Assembly: GCA_010015805.1 (NCBI GenBank)
Contig: ML978142.1
Coordinates: 62,001 to 126,000 of the forward strand
Reading direction: 5' to 3'
Length of the DNA stretch: 64,000 bases
Origin: Rhizodiscina lignyota
Lineage: Eukaryota
Shown here: positions 50,312 to 64,000 of the stretch, piece after piece
Numbering within the stretch: the first letter of the stretch is position 1
Layout of the letters: every line of letters starts with the position of its first letter
The notes under the pieces: generated by a model
Database searches by the model: none
Told to the model about the DNA's origin: nothing
Seen by the model: the letters and a program-made list of their open reading frames with translations, nothing else
Program-made: the position numbers and the translations under genes

Positions 50312-53300
50312 TCAATAAGCACCCGCCCTTGGGCTCCATCGCGGTTGCGGTGACAGTGCGGGCTTGCGGTATCCACTCAATACAGGCATCTGTGGCTCCA
50401 AACCCAAGCTCCCCAGTCTTGCTCCCTCTTTATTCAATGCCCACAATGTTAGTGCGACGGTATTCATGCCGTCGTAGTTCAGAATACCCTCCGGCACCGG
50501 ATACGTTGTTTGTGGTCCCAGATTCGATACTGTCAATGCCTGTCAGCAATTCTCAATCTCGGAGAGGTTGTCCTGCGGTGATCCGTACCGTATTTGCCAA
50601 ACTGGTACCCATTTACGTAGAACTGGACTCTGTACACTCCCGAACCAGTTGCATTCACGTCTGGCTCCGGGAATATGAAGCTCATTGGCACATCATATCC
50701 ACGTGGGACATGCAGCTCAAAGCTCGTAGTATAGAAACCCACGCCTGCTTTGCCAATTCCGGCTTTCATCGGGCTTGCGCTCTTCCATTTTCCACTTGGA
50801 GGACTGGGCTGATGGTATCCTTGCCGCTCCGCATACATCGCGCCCTCGTTGCGTGGCCCTCGTACCAAGTCATGATATTGCTCGCCGCCGAGATTGCCTG
50901 TCATTTTCCACGTCACGCCGTTCTGCTCGTGGCCGGACAGCTGGTAGTTCAGAAGTCCGCGAGGTGCTTTGATTGCGTCCGTGCCGGGAGCTTCTTCGTC
51001 CTGTCCAGTGTGGTCGATCAGCACAGTTACAATATGCTTCTTTCCCTTTTGTAGCTTTGAAGGGAAATCGAAAGTCTGGTTCCAGGTCGAATTGGCGCCG
51101 CTGCCGATCCAAGACCCGAGGAATGTGCTGTCGAGCCATGCAGAGTGTGCAAAGCCAACGCCACCGGAAACGTTGAGGTAAAGATTGGATTCCGCTCCAT
51201 TGGCAGTGAAGTGACCGCGGTAGATAAGGGAGCCTGTGTGGTATCCGTAGTCACTTGCGTAAAGGGACGTAGGGGTCAATAGCGGAAGAATTGGATTTGT
51301 CGTTGTCTTGTGATTGCAAACAGTCCACTTCGAATCATCGTAATTGGGCTGAACCTCGGGTAGTGAGTCTAGATACTTCCACGACAATTTGGACAGGTCT
51401 GGAACAGACACTGATGGATGCTTGAACTGAATGGAACCGGTTAACCGGCCAGACTTTGCCTCACAATCAACGTCTTCTCCGTTGAACGAGAGGGACTGGA
51501 CGGCACCAGTCGGTTCGTAAACAAGTTCAAAATTCGTAGTTGTGTTCAGATCGCCCGTCACCCTGAGTTCTTGGCCACTAAGAGCTGCTGTACGTAACAG
51601 ATATCCTCCCTTGATGATTACAGATGACTTTGACGGTGACGAATAGTTGCCAATCGGCGCCTCGGCAGGAAGCTCCATTATCCAGTGATTGTAAGCATCG
51701 TTCCGCCAAAGCAGATGGACCTCCAAACTGTTGCCGAAGTCGACAACTTTACGATTCGGAGTCACCCTCCATTGAACCGTCCAGCCGGAAGACGTTTGTC
51801 GCAGCTTCACGCCAGAGCCCTCTGAGACCTTTGGCTTTCCAGCCTTGCTCTCGAATGCAAACTCATGAAGCTCGCCGGCGCCTCCGTACAACAAGAGAAT
51901 GCGCTTGCCGGAGTTCCACTTCTGCCAGGAATAGATTTCTCCAGTTGAATAGACCAGGTTGAGCCCGCCGACATCGTAGTCCGTGACATGAATTTTCGAG
52001 TCCCGGCCGAGCAACGTCAAGTCGCCGCCCAGCTGTGGTATCGCAACCTTGCCTCTGCTTGTCTTGACGATCAGCTTGTAATTCGTGTTGTTCAAGGAAG
52101 TGAAGTCGGCATGGCGAATAACATAAAAGTTGGTCTTGTAATTTGTTCCCCACAACGGAGTTGTCGCTATGGCACTTGTCGACACATACGATCCGTTCGA
52201 CACGTTTCCAGGGTTCGTCGTGAAATAAGCCGGAGAGACTTTAAAGAACTCTGCTTCCAACTTCTCTTCACTATACTTCTCTCGCCAGACATGACGATCC
52301 TCTGTAATCGCCGCTCCGTAATCGTATGAGGAGTCCCCTCCTTGATATCCCAGGTTTCCCCAATTGGTGCCTCCGAACGTCATGTAGATATTCAACAGTT
52401 TGACGCCGAAGCTATAGTTATTTTTGTACATGACGCGCACTGCTTCCATGTTGACGAGAGCGTTACACATGTCTTGGTCGACGCCTCCCCACCCAGTGCC
52501 AGTGCCCCCTTGAAACTCTGGAATCGCGAACGGCGTTGAAGGACTCTGTTCTTCGTGCAAAGTCTGCCAGCCAACAGGGAATCGAATCGTTGGCCAAACT
52601 TCCGGATGTGCGCAGTCGTATCGTAATGGATAGGCATCGATGCCATACAAGTCGACCGATCCAAGGCCCGTGCCGGGCGCAAAGCTCCCTTGAACGAGGT
52701 TGTCGTTGTCAATGAATGGCACAATGATTCCGGCATCTCGATATAGCTGCTCCACAACAGCCATATACTCTTTCTGAGGCTGCTCAGGAAAGTCGGTCTG
52801 GTTCACGCTTGGCCAATCGGCATACTCGTTCTCGGGCTGCAGCATCACGACCGGCCCTCCATTGGTGATCTGTGCTTTCGCGATAATCTTGCTGATAGTG
52901 GAGACGTACTTCCTGGTTGCGTCGATGAAGCCCGGAGCATCCGATCTAAGTGTGCTGTTGATTCTCAATGTCCAACCCGGAAATCCGCCGGCCGCAGTCT
53001 CCGCGTTGATGTAGGGCCCTGGGCGTGCGATCAAATAGATACCAGCTTCCGAGGCAGCCGCGAAGAAAGGTTCATAGTCCCAGATTCCATCGGTGACCAC
53101 ATGTCCCCGGTTTCCCTCGATAAGACCCCAATAGACGTAGAATGACACGCCATTGAAGCCCATAGCCTTGATTTTCTGGAAAACATCAAGCCACAGGCCA
53201 GGAACCGGGATTCTCCATGGGTGAAATTCGCCGGAATAGAAGAAGACACGTTCACCGCGGACGAACAGAGAATGTTCATCCCAAGTTACCTGCTCAAGTT

Positions 53301-53467
53301 AGCTGCACGATCCCGCCATGATGAGCTGTGCCTCTTACCAGGTCTTGTAACGGTTCTCGCTTCTGGGCTGTTTTTGTGAGCACAACATCGCGCCCATGTA
53401 CAGCAGCATCAACGAATATCTGGGATGCAAAGAGAGTTGCCAAAAGGCAAAGGACTGAAACGCGCAT
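50312..53467 (-). CDS. Secreted GH35 beta-galactosidase
   Basis: Signal peptide, [14 protein letters not shown]...[46 protein letters not shown]. Introns 53338-53290 and 50588-50530. Confidence 0.96.
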
Positions 53468-54552
53468 CTTGACTGACGAAAATAAATGGTACAAGCGCCC
53501 TACCGATACTTCACCTAGGCGGCATGAGGCTCATCTTATCCTCTCTCTATACTATCCATGATTCCCGGCAGGTGGAGAAGTGTTTAAAAATAAGCTTTAC
53601 TCAATCCAGATTGGTATGTTGATCTCCAGGAACCAAGAATCCTGCTTGCTACTGGCTAATTGATATCAAATTTTTCCACCAACAACAAAAGCATGAGGAG
53701 ATCTGATTGCGGGGAAATAGACTTCATCTCACGATGTACAAAACATGACGCGAATTTGCAGTAAATAGATCGGCTCGTTGCTTTTAGGCAAATGAACCTT
53801 CATGGAGTGACAACTGCAGGGGAGAACCGCGCGGTACCCGATGACATTTAGCCAAAATGATTCCGCTTGTGTACGTAGTACTGTCCGTCGAAGTGGTTGA
53901 AGTGTCGCAAGCCAGAGATTACCTTTATCGCTCAAAGAGGATATCAGAGGCGAGATAGGACGGACGCCAATCTTGCTTCGGGGTTCTGGAGGAGGGTGGA
54001 GATGAACAGTGGATGAAAAGCGGAGCAGAGCTCTGTGTCGTTGCAGGGAGTTTTCGTAAGTATCGTAAGCTGCGGCTCATCTGCGGTTAATTCTCGTAAT
54101 AACTGCGGTAGCTTTCCTGTATAAGAGTAGAGTGACAGCCGCAGTCCGACGAACCCTTGTGCTCATTCTTCTCCTTTCTACACCTGGTGCCAGTTGTAGC
54201 TCGCCAGCATGGCCTGCAATACTGCATGCGGTTAAGGCTCTCACTTTCCTGGCTCCTGTCGCTGACCACTTGGGGCAAATTTCAGCAGACGGTCTGGGCG
54301 CAGTCTTACTCCCGATTGCCATTCAGCTCCATCACTGAATTCCATTTCCAGCTTCGTGTACTCAGTAAGGGGTATGTCTCTCGCCAAAATGTCTCCGCAT
54401 GATAAAAGTCTCCGAGCTTCATTAGAAGAAAGCTGTGGATGTCGCCATCTGTATGGGTTTGTAAATTCTTTCAGACTGACTTCCCCACGTGCGAGTCATT
54501 TCTGGATTAAGTTTCTTTATTTTGACCACTGTTTTTTTCTACGCGTCAAGTG

Positions 54553-56310
54553 ATGGCGTTCATCGGGTCGAGCCTCGGCAACATCGTTGCTCTGGCCTGC
54601 ACCTCGTACTTTGCGTATTGGTGCTTCATCTACATATACAGAATTACATTGCACCCCCTTGCAAAATTCCCCGGGCCAAAGCTAGCTGCGGTATCGTTCT
54701 GGTATGAATTCTATTATGACCTTTGGAAGCCGCAACAATATCTGTGGAAAATCAAAGAACTCCATGAACAATATGGTCGGTAATGCGCAGGTGCTTGCAT
54801 CAGCTTTTGGCCATTGACGTTTTGTAGGACCAATCGTTCGGATCAACCCAATACACATTCATATCATTGACTCGGACTACTGGGATGAAATCTATTCCGG
54901 GACCGTGAAGCGAGATAAATGTGGGTGGTTCATGAATGCGCGACCGGGGACGAAGAGCGTCATGAATGGCAGCACGTTCCTCACGATGGAGCACGAAGCT
55001 CACAAGCGACGCCGGGCGGCAATCAGCCCGTTCTTCAGCAAACGTTCCATTCGCAATATCGATCAGTTAGTCAGGGAGAAGGTCGAACAGGTGACGACTC
55101 GATACCATGATGACTTCAAGAATGGGAAAGTCATTAATCTCTCTGAAGCCAATACGGCTCTGACACTGGATGTGATCTCTTCGTATTGCTGGGGCGAAGG
55201 GATGCGTACTCTCGACCAACCAGAATACGGCAAGTTCTACCGTGACATGATGATGGCAGGAGTCGTGATGAACCCGTTGTCACGTCAATTTCCAAACACA
55301 TTCAATTTACTCAACAGTTTACCGCTCTGGATGGCAGAGGCTCTGAATCCCATTATGGCGCCACAGCTGCGACTGAACGAGAGGCTCTTGGAGATAATTC
55401 GTCCCGTACTGGCGGGCGACGACGACGGCAAAGACCTCAAGCATAGGACTGTCTTTCACGACATCAAGGACAGCACTCTGCCCTCGTGGGACAAAACGCC
55501 GGAGCGCCTCCTGGGTGAATGCGTCGTCTTTCTCGGTGCCGGGACCGAGACTACTGCCCGAACACTGTCGGTCACGGCGTACTACATCATCGCAACCCCA
55601 GGAGTCCAAGAAAGGCTGTATGAGGAATTGAAACAAGCAATGCCCAAGAAGCATACGTTCCAAGATGGCTTCGACGCTCTTGAGAGTTTGCAATATCTGG
55701 TAACGCAGCTTGCCAAAATACTGTCGGAGCAAGGCTGACTTTTTCGCAGTCAGCTTGTATTAATGAGGGCCTCCGGCTAGCTCACGGGGTCTCCACTAGA
55801 GAGCCGCGTATTGCTAGAGATGTGGACCTTAAATACAAGGGGTGGATCATTCCACGCGGGGTGAGCGCCGCCACACCGATGGAGCCCAAGAGCGATAAAT
55901 GGCTGATTTGCTTTGCAGACTCCGGTGATGCAGTCACTTTACATTGCCCATCTTGATCCCGAAATATTCCCGGAGCCCTTCCAGTTTAAACCGGAGAGGT
56001 GGCTGAACAGTGATGCAGAGCTCAAGCGGCACTTCATGCCGTTCGGTAAAGGTCCACGATCTTGCGTTGGCATCAAGTAGGTTTACCCTCGGCTTTGTAT
56101 CCGCACAACTGAGTAATGACAACATACAACAGCCTCGCGATTGCAGAGCTTGCCTCGATGACTGCTTACCTTTTCCGCCGGTTCCAGGTGGAACTCTATG
56201 AGACGATCGAGGAGAGGGATGTCTTGACAACGCGAGATTGCTTCATTGGCATGACCGATGCTAGCTCACCTGGAATTAGGGTTAAAATTGTTCGTGAAAG
56301 GGAAGATTGA
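54553..56310 (+). CDS. Cytochrome P450 monooxygenase (trichodiene oxygenase/CYP58-like clan)
   Basis: N-terminal TM, HPLAKFPGPKLAA, I-helix AGTETT, ExxR (EGLR), PERW, heme motif FGKGPRSCVG. Four introns. Confidence 0.95.
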
Positions 56311-56982
56311 TTGATTGGACCTAGGTAGCGCTCACTTATGACGATGCGGCGCCATCCAGAGCTGGCACGATTATCAAAATAAACGGCGTTGAGGTGTTGG
56401 AGCCAAATTCGCGTGGTCTTTTTGTGTCCAGATGATCATACTTAACAAATCCTTAGCGCCGAGGCTCACTTGCGTTAGTGGCGCCCGACGCTGAGGACTG
56501 GCGTTGGAAGGTTAGTGCCAACACGAAGCGGGAGTCGTTAGGGCATCCAGAGCGTCTAAACATGTAATAGCAACAGTATACGAGCAGACTTATATCTTTG
56601 GGGAAGATGAGGCGTTTCGCCTTTGACTCCTTTTGGGGACCGTTTGCGCGCTGCATGAATCGCAAACTGGAGGGCATTGCCGTCATTCCGCCTCAACCCT
56701 GGTGCTGATCCAAGATGCCTAAAATGCTTTGTCATGGCACACGTTTAAACAGAAATAAGCCCAATGAGGTTGGAGGATAATAATAAAATTCAAATGCTAT
56801 CCGCAGAGCGATTGGGTATCTTTGGAAACGAACGTCTGCCGCGCGCCTGCAAAAATGCGAAAATATTTCGCTCAAGTGAACAAAAACGCCGTCGCTATGC
56901 ATACGCTGCTAAATGCAAACTGACTCGCTTTTTCGTCAAGTGATTTTCCCGCCAAGGCCCCCATAATGCAGTCATCCACAGT

Positions 56983-57759
56983 TTAAGGAATAACCCCCGT
57001 TGGCCGTCTCCATGCCTGGATGAGAGGGATCAGGAAGGAAGCGAGAAGGACAATCTCTGACACGAGGGCAACGATTCCAACGCCGAATGCTGCATTCTGT
57101 GGAAGAGGTTAGCGGTGCTGCAAGAACCCGGAGCTTGTGAGGCGAACCTGTTGATCACAGACGGTGCTGTACTTGACGACCTTGTCAAAGAGAGAGTTGC
57201 TGTTGGCACACGCATACTTCATGAGACTGTCGGTGCTCGTCTCTGAGACAGCCTTGTAGATGACAACGCCGGCGAGCCAGGAGAGGATGTAAATGCCATC
57301 GAGCATGATATAGACGGGCTCTTTGACAATGGGGCTGCCGTCGAAGTCTTTGATAAAGGTAACTGGGATCAGGACGAGAGTGACGAGCGTGCTGCAAGCA
57401 GCGACGATGAGGATGATGTCGGACGGGATGAGTACAATGCCCGTGGGCCATGCACTTGTATCTCCCGTCGGCTCAGCGTCGAGAAATTGCGTGTTGGTAC
57501 CGAAGCTGTAGCTGCGAGTGTTGTTGTACGTGACGAGAGAGTTCGCTACGAGGCCAATGACTGCCGCACTGCACCCAAGGACGAGGATGCGGAGAGCAAC
57601 GCGGCCATATCGTAGGTACGCTGGATCTCGAGCAATTTGTTCTTTGGGAGCGTCTTCGAAGAGGAACGGAACTGTAGAAGGTGGTCTTGAAGGAATATCG
57701 ACTCGGCCCGTGTCGGTTTGCGTGGACTTCTCCACATGCGGTAGTAAATAATCGGCCAT
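56983..57759 (-). CDS. Four-helix membrane protein (MARVEL-like)
   Basis: Three hydrophobic helices in ORF 57109-57759 plus a fourth (AFGVGIVALVSEIVLLASFLIPLI) after a GTTCGC...GCTAAC...CAG intron at about 57148-57097. Confidence 0.75.
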
Positions 57760-58592
57760 AATAATGAACTTGAAGGATCAGGATCTTCGAGACAGATGGC
57801 AGTCGTGATAGTATTATAGTGAAAGTGTGGCTGAGAATAGATGCTGTGGGGATGAGATAATACAGCCCCCCCAAGCACACAAGAAAAGTCTTGGGAATAC
57901 GAGAATAGAAACGGAAGCGGAAACCTAAGACCCAGATAAGGAAAGCTGTTGCTTCTCCGCTACCCCAGATAACGTGCAGCTCGACTGCAGCAGCTAAAGA
58001 AGGAACACCCTGAGCGAGCGATGATAAACAGTTTCAACGCGGCAACATTGCGAGCACGGTTCAATGATATACTGCTACTAGCGACGGTTCCTTCGACACC
58101 AAGAGTCGGTTTCAAGACGACTCTGCAGGCAGACTCCGCTGCGGCTGCGACGTAGCAAGAAAGACTTGAGCGAAGTACGTGCGTGTTTCTCGCAAGCCGA
58201 TGTCGAGGCAAGAAGTTTCCAAAATGTCGCGATGGTTGCAAATGGAGTGGGCGATGATGGAGAGAGCGGATAGGCCGGCGGTTAGGTGAGCGGCTAAAAT
58301 TAGCAAGGCAGTCAGCGCTAGAGACGAGAGTGGAATGGCGCGCCGCATGATGATTTAAGCTTAATTTGGATCTCGAAGCCTCCAAGGTTCAGGTATCTTG
58401 CCCTCTGGCGGGGACGTCACTTGATACAAGATGCTAAGCTGACAACTTCAAAATATCTAAAACACTGACTTGCCCCCGAATACTTGTCGCAGATGTTTCC
58501 GCAGACCCACGATAACTGCCTGTGCACCTCCAGAGCCCTCGTCGGGCGAATTGTCCCGCTCGACTGTACGCTTCCGAGAAAGTCCAGAAAGA

Positions 58593-59597
58593 TTATCTCG
58601 AAGCGTCTCTTTCCGAGGCTTGAAAATCGAACGGCGTGTCTTCATTCGAGTCATATGTGCTGGTAGCGGGCCCTGCATCCTCATCGCGATAACTATCCTC
58701 TGAGGACGGAGACGTCAATGGTGGAGATTCCGCTAAATCGGGATTTAGTGCTGCTCCCCAATATATTGGCGTAGCTGTATCGCCATTCATCTGGTCATCC
58801 AATTCTCCTGCATGCACGCGTTCCAAAGCCTCCTCGTCAGTAATGTCGGGCGGCGAGTCTGGGACGATAGCAGTTGTGGCCGTTGTAGGTGTATTGTGCA
58901 CACGCTGATCTGGAAAGAGATGATTTGACAAAGAGCAGTAAACACCATTCAAGCTGGAAGGAAAGCCCAAAGTTTTGACTCCGTCGAAGCGTGACCTGTC
59001 GTCTTTGGGCGTTTCAGGATTTCGTAATCTGCGCTTCATATCCGGAGTGTCAAGCATGAGCTTATTCCGGAGACTGTCAATGCGGCGGCTTATGTAGCGC
59101 CAGCGATCTGTTTCTTGATATCGGTGCCTGTAGTTCCAGCGGAACATGTAGGCATTCCATTGCAGCTCCCGCGCCGTGTCCAAATTTGGCTCCTCAGAGT
59201 TCTTTGCCAGCTCGTGCCGAGTCTCTATTTCAGCTCTGAGATCTGCACAGAAGGCTTGAAGCGGCGGGCAACCTAAGCTCTCTGTTTGAGTGGCTGCAGA
59301 CTGCATCAGCTTTATGGATTTTTTAGTCTTATACGGTAGAATAAGTAAGGCTTCGGCAATCCGGCAGGTCACGTCAAGTGTAGCGATGCTATCGCGAAGT
59401 GCAGAAACGGTTCTGGAGCATCTCTCGAGTGTTTCCCACGCTTCCTTACTGATCGGATCGTCCAACGACGAGGAAGTCGATGCAGTCTCATAATCTTCGG
59501 GCTTTAAAGATCAGCGGTGACAGACTCTATAAGATTGCTGGACGGTCCTTACCGTGGTCTCGATCTGAAGCCCTTTCGGATTTCTATTTTGGGACAT
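58593..59597 (-). CDS. Hypothetical protein (~317 aa)
   Basis: Exon 59597-59553, intron 59552-59502 (GTAAGG...GCTGAT...AAG), in frame with long ORF 59501-58593. No family recognised. Confidence 0.6.
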
Positions 59598-60298
59598 TCT
59601 GAGCTGTGAGCAAGCAGCGCCTGCACAAATTATCCTTCAATATCGGCGACGTATACTGTTCGTACAGTGCTTGAGCAAAACAGTTGGGAAACACGGAATC
59701 TCGTGAACCCGTAGTGAAAGATGTATACATTCTTTGTTCTCGATGGCCGATCGACGCATTTGGAGGGGCCATATTTCTCTGCGTGGGCTTTGTTGTCGAA
59801 ATTTAGACTATGAAATGAACATCTTCTCTCATTCAATGTAAAACAAGCTGGAAGGGATAGACACAGCCATGCCAATCATCCAAGGGAGTTGGATTTACCA
59901 AGCCTCGAGTGCAATGGAAATTTCGTATAGACAAAAAGAAAAGCCACATTAGATTCGCGTGCTCGTTTGCGGTGACGAGATCGGATGACTAAGCGGGGGC
60001 ATTCCGAAAAGCAACTTTGATAACAGCAGACTGGCCAAGTTCCTCACCCTTTCTACCTACTTTCGTCAGGTGCAATTGAGGACGAGCTTAATGGATTAGC
60101 TCAACTGTTCAAGCAGAGTGCCTAATGTTCCAAAGGCAATCATGATCATTGTTTGCTCCTTCTTGTCCCTGTCCGCAGCTACCCGAGTGGCATCGTGCCT
60201 CTCTCCTTCTTAGAGCTTTCTCGTTTCAATCTACTTTCATCATTTCCTCTATGAGATTATTCCTGCTTTGATCGGCGGCTTGCATTGAATATTGAAAG

Positions 60299-61132
60299 AT
60301 GGAAGGACATTTCAACGGTACGATGCAATTCGATATCGCCGAAGCCTTGGGAGATCAAAAGCACCGACGCGAGGCACTCGTTATTCTGAATCAGCCAATC
60401 CCAAATCGTCGAAAGCTCTACAGCATATGGGATCGTTTCGTCTACCGTCTCTGCGCGGACGGCGGTGCCAATCAGCTGTTTGAAGCACGCATGCCTATTC
60501 CGGATAAACTGGTGCGTCGCATATGCTTGATAGAAGTTACTTTCCACTAATATGTATTAAAGCTTCCAGACATCATCCATGGCGACCTGGACTCGTTGGA
60601 TCTTGGTGTCCGGACCTACTACGAGAACAAGGGTGTGAAGGTATCCAAGGATCCAGACCAGTATTCGACAGATTTTGGAAAGGCCATGCGCTTGCTCCTG
60701 GACCAACGTGTCGCCGGCCAACTCACAGACGTCCTCATTCTCGGATCGATCTCTGGACGCGTCGATCAAGGCCTGGGACTACTGCACGAAATGTATCGTG
60801 AATTCACCCGACATCCCGAGATCCGGCTTTGGCTTTATTCGGAGCGCAACCTGTCGTTCGTCTTGCCAAGCACTACAAACTACATAAATCTGAGCAACTC
60901 CTGGGGATTGATCACTGGAACTATTGGCATACTGCCAATCTTTGGACCCGCTACTATCACCACGATTGGCCTTGAGTGGGACGTTGAGAACTGGGAGACC
61001 AGCATGGGGGGTCAAGTCAGCACGAGTAACCACATCATCGCCCCAACCCTGGTCAGCGTCAAGACCAGCACTCCTGTACTCTTCACCATGGAACTGAAGG
61101 TTTCTAAAGAAGATGCGAATGGTACTGCTTAA
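60299..61132 (+). CDS. THI80: Thiamine pyrophosphokinase
   Basis: ALVILNQPI, CADGGANQL, IHGDLDS, DQYSTDFGKA, GRVDQ, GLEWDV, STSN. Intron 60512-60562. Confidence 0.95.
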
Positions 61133-61304
61133 TTTTCGCTAACGGAGAGGGCAGTATCAAAGAGCTTGACTCAAATCAACCGCCTATGTAGTGCGGGCAT
61201 GGGTGTACAACACAGGGAAGTTGACTAGCAGGTGTACAACGGGGGGCTTGGCTGGCATGATAGATTGTCTAGAGTTTTAGCTTCAATGCTTTAATCGCGA
61301 TGCT

Positions 61305-62895
61305 CTATTTTATCTCACTCCATCCATGGCTATCTTTTCCACCCTCTGCCAGTACACTGGATGCCACGACCTGCTCTTTACCCGACCGAGATGTTTGCGC
61401 GACGGCTTTCCCGCACGCAGCGTGGAATATCTGAACGAAGCGCCACACATCCTCGAAACTATTGTACAGAGGCGCCGGTGCCACTCTTATGACGCTTGGC
61501 CTCCTCTCGTCCACAACCGCGCACTCCTCTTCTAGGTATTCGAGTACGGGTTCTAGTAGTCCGTCTTCCAGATGTACACTAAGCTGCGCGCCCCTCTCGC
61601 CCGCATTCTTCGGCGTGATAATCTCAAAGGGCTTGCTCCTCCCATCCCAAGACAAGCTATTCAGCAAGTCTTCCAGATAACCCGTCAACTTCAAGCTCCT
61701 CTCCCTCAAAGCCTCTATACTCGTCATCTCAAACACACTCAAACTCGCAATCACAGCTGTGGCATCAATCGCGCTCGGATTGCTCAGCTGCCACCCCGCC
61801 GCACCCTCAATCGGCACGAATCGGTTCTCCATCCTGAACCTAGAGCTCTTGTCGCTGCCCCACCATCCGGCTAATCTGGGTACAAAGTCTGCCGCTGTGG
61901 GATCTGTCTTTGAGCCATGTCGGGAGTGCACAAATAGCCCCGCTATCGCGCCCGGTCCGGCGTTCATGTACTTGTAGTGGCACCATGCTGCAAAATCGAC
62001 GTTCCAGTCGTGCAGTTTTAGAGGGACATTGCCAGTAGCGTGCGCGAGGTCCCAGCCTACTGTTATGCCGCGAGCTTGTGCATAGGAGGTTATGGTGGGG
62101 ATGTCGAAGAACTGGCCCGAGTAAAATTGTACACCCGGGAGGAGGAGGAGGGCGGTGGAGGAGGCATGGGCGTCGATGAGGGAAAGAATCTGAGAGGTTG
62201 GAAGGTAGTGGTTGCGCGATTCGGTCGGATCGAGGAATATCATCGCGTCATCTATCGAGAGGTTGTGGTGCAAGATTTGTGACTCAACTGCATACTGCGG
62301 ACGTCAGAAAAACGCGGAGTAGGAGAGAGAGAGGACACATGCATGATCACTCGGGAAAGCCTTTCTCTCAAGGATAATCTTGTATCTCTCCTTCGTCGGC
62401 CGGTAAAAGCTCGCCATTAACAGATGCAAATTCGCGGTCAAGCTCGCCATCACCGCGACTTCGCTGGACTGCGCCCCGACGATCTTGCTCAGCGGTACCT
62501 TCGGATCATCTCCAATGTCTAGCCAAGGCGATGTCAATTGGTCCTCGAGCTCTGTAAAGTGTCCAAAAACGCCCTTCGAACCCCATACCCTCAGATATCT
62601 TTGTACGTATTCGGATACTCGTTTCGGCTGGAGGCCCAACGAGTTGCCGCAAAGGTAGGTGCAGGGCTCCGCTTCGTCGTTCTTCGTGGCAGCTGGAAGC
62701 GCTCAGTTGTGGAAATTGAGAGTTATGGCGCTAGTGCTAACCGTCTTTTGTAGCTGTGCGCCGTTTGATGTCTGCCTTGCTTGGGATGATGAACTCTTCG
62801 CGGAGGTGGCGGAGAGGGTCCGCGGAATCAAGAGACTGCGCATATTGGAGGGATGATCTTGTGCCGGTTTCGTTCGGAGGAGGTTGGCTAGACAT
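61305..62895 (-). CDS. BNA5: Kynureninase
   Basis: [69 protein letters not shown]. Introns about 62741-62693 and 62342-62295 (GC-AG). Confidence 0.96.
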
Positions 62896-63426
62896 AGTCT
62901 AGTATGAGCTCGATGCTGCGATGTCAAACTAATCGTAAGTCGGTCTCTGAGTGACAGAAGGGAGGAGATGACTCTAATTTCGGCAATGATGCAACGCCAA
63001 GCCGAATGTACGGACCGAGCCGCCGCTAATGCAACTTTAATCAACTTAGCGCCAGATTAATCAGATGGATCAGATTGAGTGCTCTGAGGCCAAAGTGCAA
63101 CCGTCACCGCCTTCTAACGATGGGACACGAAGACTAGACCATGCATCTGAGGGAAAGATGTTTGGAGATATCCCAGCTTTATCGGAGCTTTAGTAGCGCA
63201 ACAATTCAAAGCCTTCCTCTGGGAACTAAAACAGCAGTGCAAGCGCGACGTCTCACATACCTTGAAGCGCAGGAGCTAATTGATCTTCGGCGTTCTAGGC
63301 TGTCGAGCGGCCAACTATCTTGTCAGCCTTGAGCCAAGCGACAGACACTGTCAGGAGGACAATGAAAGATTTGCCATTGGTAGAGGTGGCATCGTGCAAT
63401 GAATTGTGCTTTTGGTCGAGGGGGGA

Positions 63427-64000
63427 TTATTTATTACTGACGTCTCTCATAAGCTTCAGAACATTAGAGACTAGGTACAAACTGCCAGCCACAATCATTG
63501 GCCCGCCGTTCGCCGCTTTCGATGCTGCGCTGATAGCATCCAATGGGTTTTGCACCGCCTTGACGGCCTCGACATGTCGGTCAACACTCTGGACCGCCTG
63601 CATAATATCTGCTGCTGGCATTGGTTTTACCCAAGGCATTCCATCCACAGGTCCAAATTCTGTAACAAAGACTCTGTCCCCCCTCCGCAAGATATTCTTG
63701 AGGATGTCGCTCACATCCTTGCCTTGCGTAAACGCCAGCACCCAAGTGACCGGATCGCCGTCAAGGAACTTTTCTCTTATGCCAATGAAGACTTTGCCAT
63801 CCTTGTCGGCATTCTTCCCTCGTCCTGTCAAGCGATAGGTATTGAAGACGTATACAGCCAAACCCTCAGCCGAGTCGGCATTATGTGCTCCATCGAGAAG
63901 AATCTCTTGGCGCTGTCCGTCCAATAGTGGCGATATGTCCAGATGCTGTAGTCGGCCTGGTAATCTCGCGTCCATGACAGCCGGAACAAGGTCCCTAGCC
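63427..64000 (-). CDS. FolC-family dihydrofolate synthetase/folylpolyglutamate synthase, C-terminal part (truncated by window edge)
   Basis: PGRLQ, LLDGAHN, FGPVDGMPWV, AGSLYLV motifs. Confidence 0.88.
   Translation of the reverse strand, partial: ARDLVPAVMDARLPGRLQHLDISPLLDGQRQEILLDGAHNADSAEGLAVYVFNTYRLTGRGKNADKDGKVFIGIREKFLDGDPVTWVLAFTQGKDVSDILKNILRRGDRVFVTEFGPVDGMPWVKPMPAADIMQAVQSVDRHVEAVKAVQNPLDAISAASKAANGGPMIVAGSLYLVSNVLKLMRDVSNK

Noticed and set aside
50312..57759. Secondary-metabolite cluster around the P450
   Set aside because: No PKS, NRPS, terpene synthase or other backbone gene in the window, and the neighbours are unrelated.

Overview
Gene-dense, intron-containing genomic DNA from a filamentous ascomycete (Pezizomycotina-type GT-AG introns with CTRAY branch points). 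It holds about 25 protein-coding genes, mostly housekeeping: BAR-PH-ArfGAP, RRS1, RhoGAP, BET2, FAR-17a/AIG1, ADE12, a Zn2Cys6 TF, an aldo-keto reductase, MRI1, PAN1, a SAM methyltransferase, IRE1, PKR1, a GH35 beta-galactosidase, a P450, THI80, BNA5 and a partial FolC. The standout is a tRNA-Gln(CUG) gene at 44682-44824 (minus strand). It carries a normal 18-nt anticodon-loop intron and also a 53-nt insertion with complete spliceosomal signals (GTAAGC...GCTAAC...CAG) between the variable loop and the T stem; removing both gives a fully paired 72-nt tRNA. A stand-alone RNase III-domain gene lies just downstream on the same strand. Other observations: a TA-flanked MITE with RIP-like decay, two small secreted-protein genes (one only recoverable by splicing), an ADE12 intron built of two tandem mini-introns, a GC-AG intron in BNA5 and a gene with one premature stop. 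Exon boundaries were read by hand, and family names come from motif recognition, not database searches.
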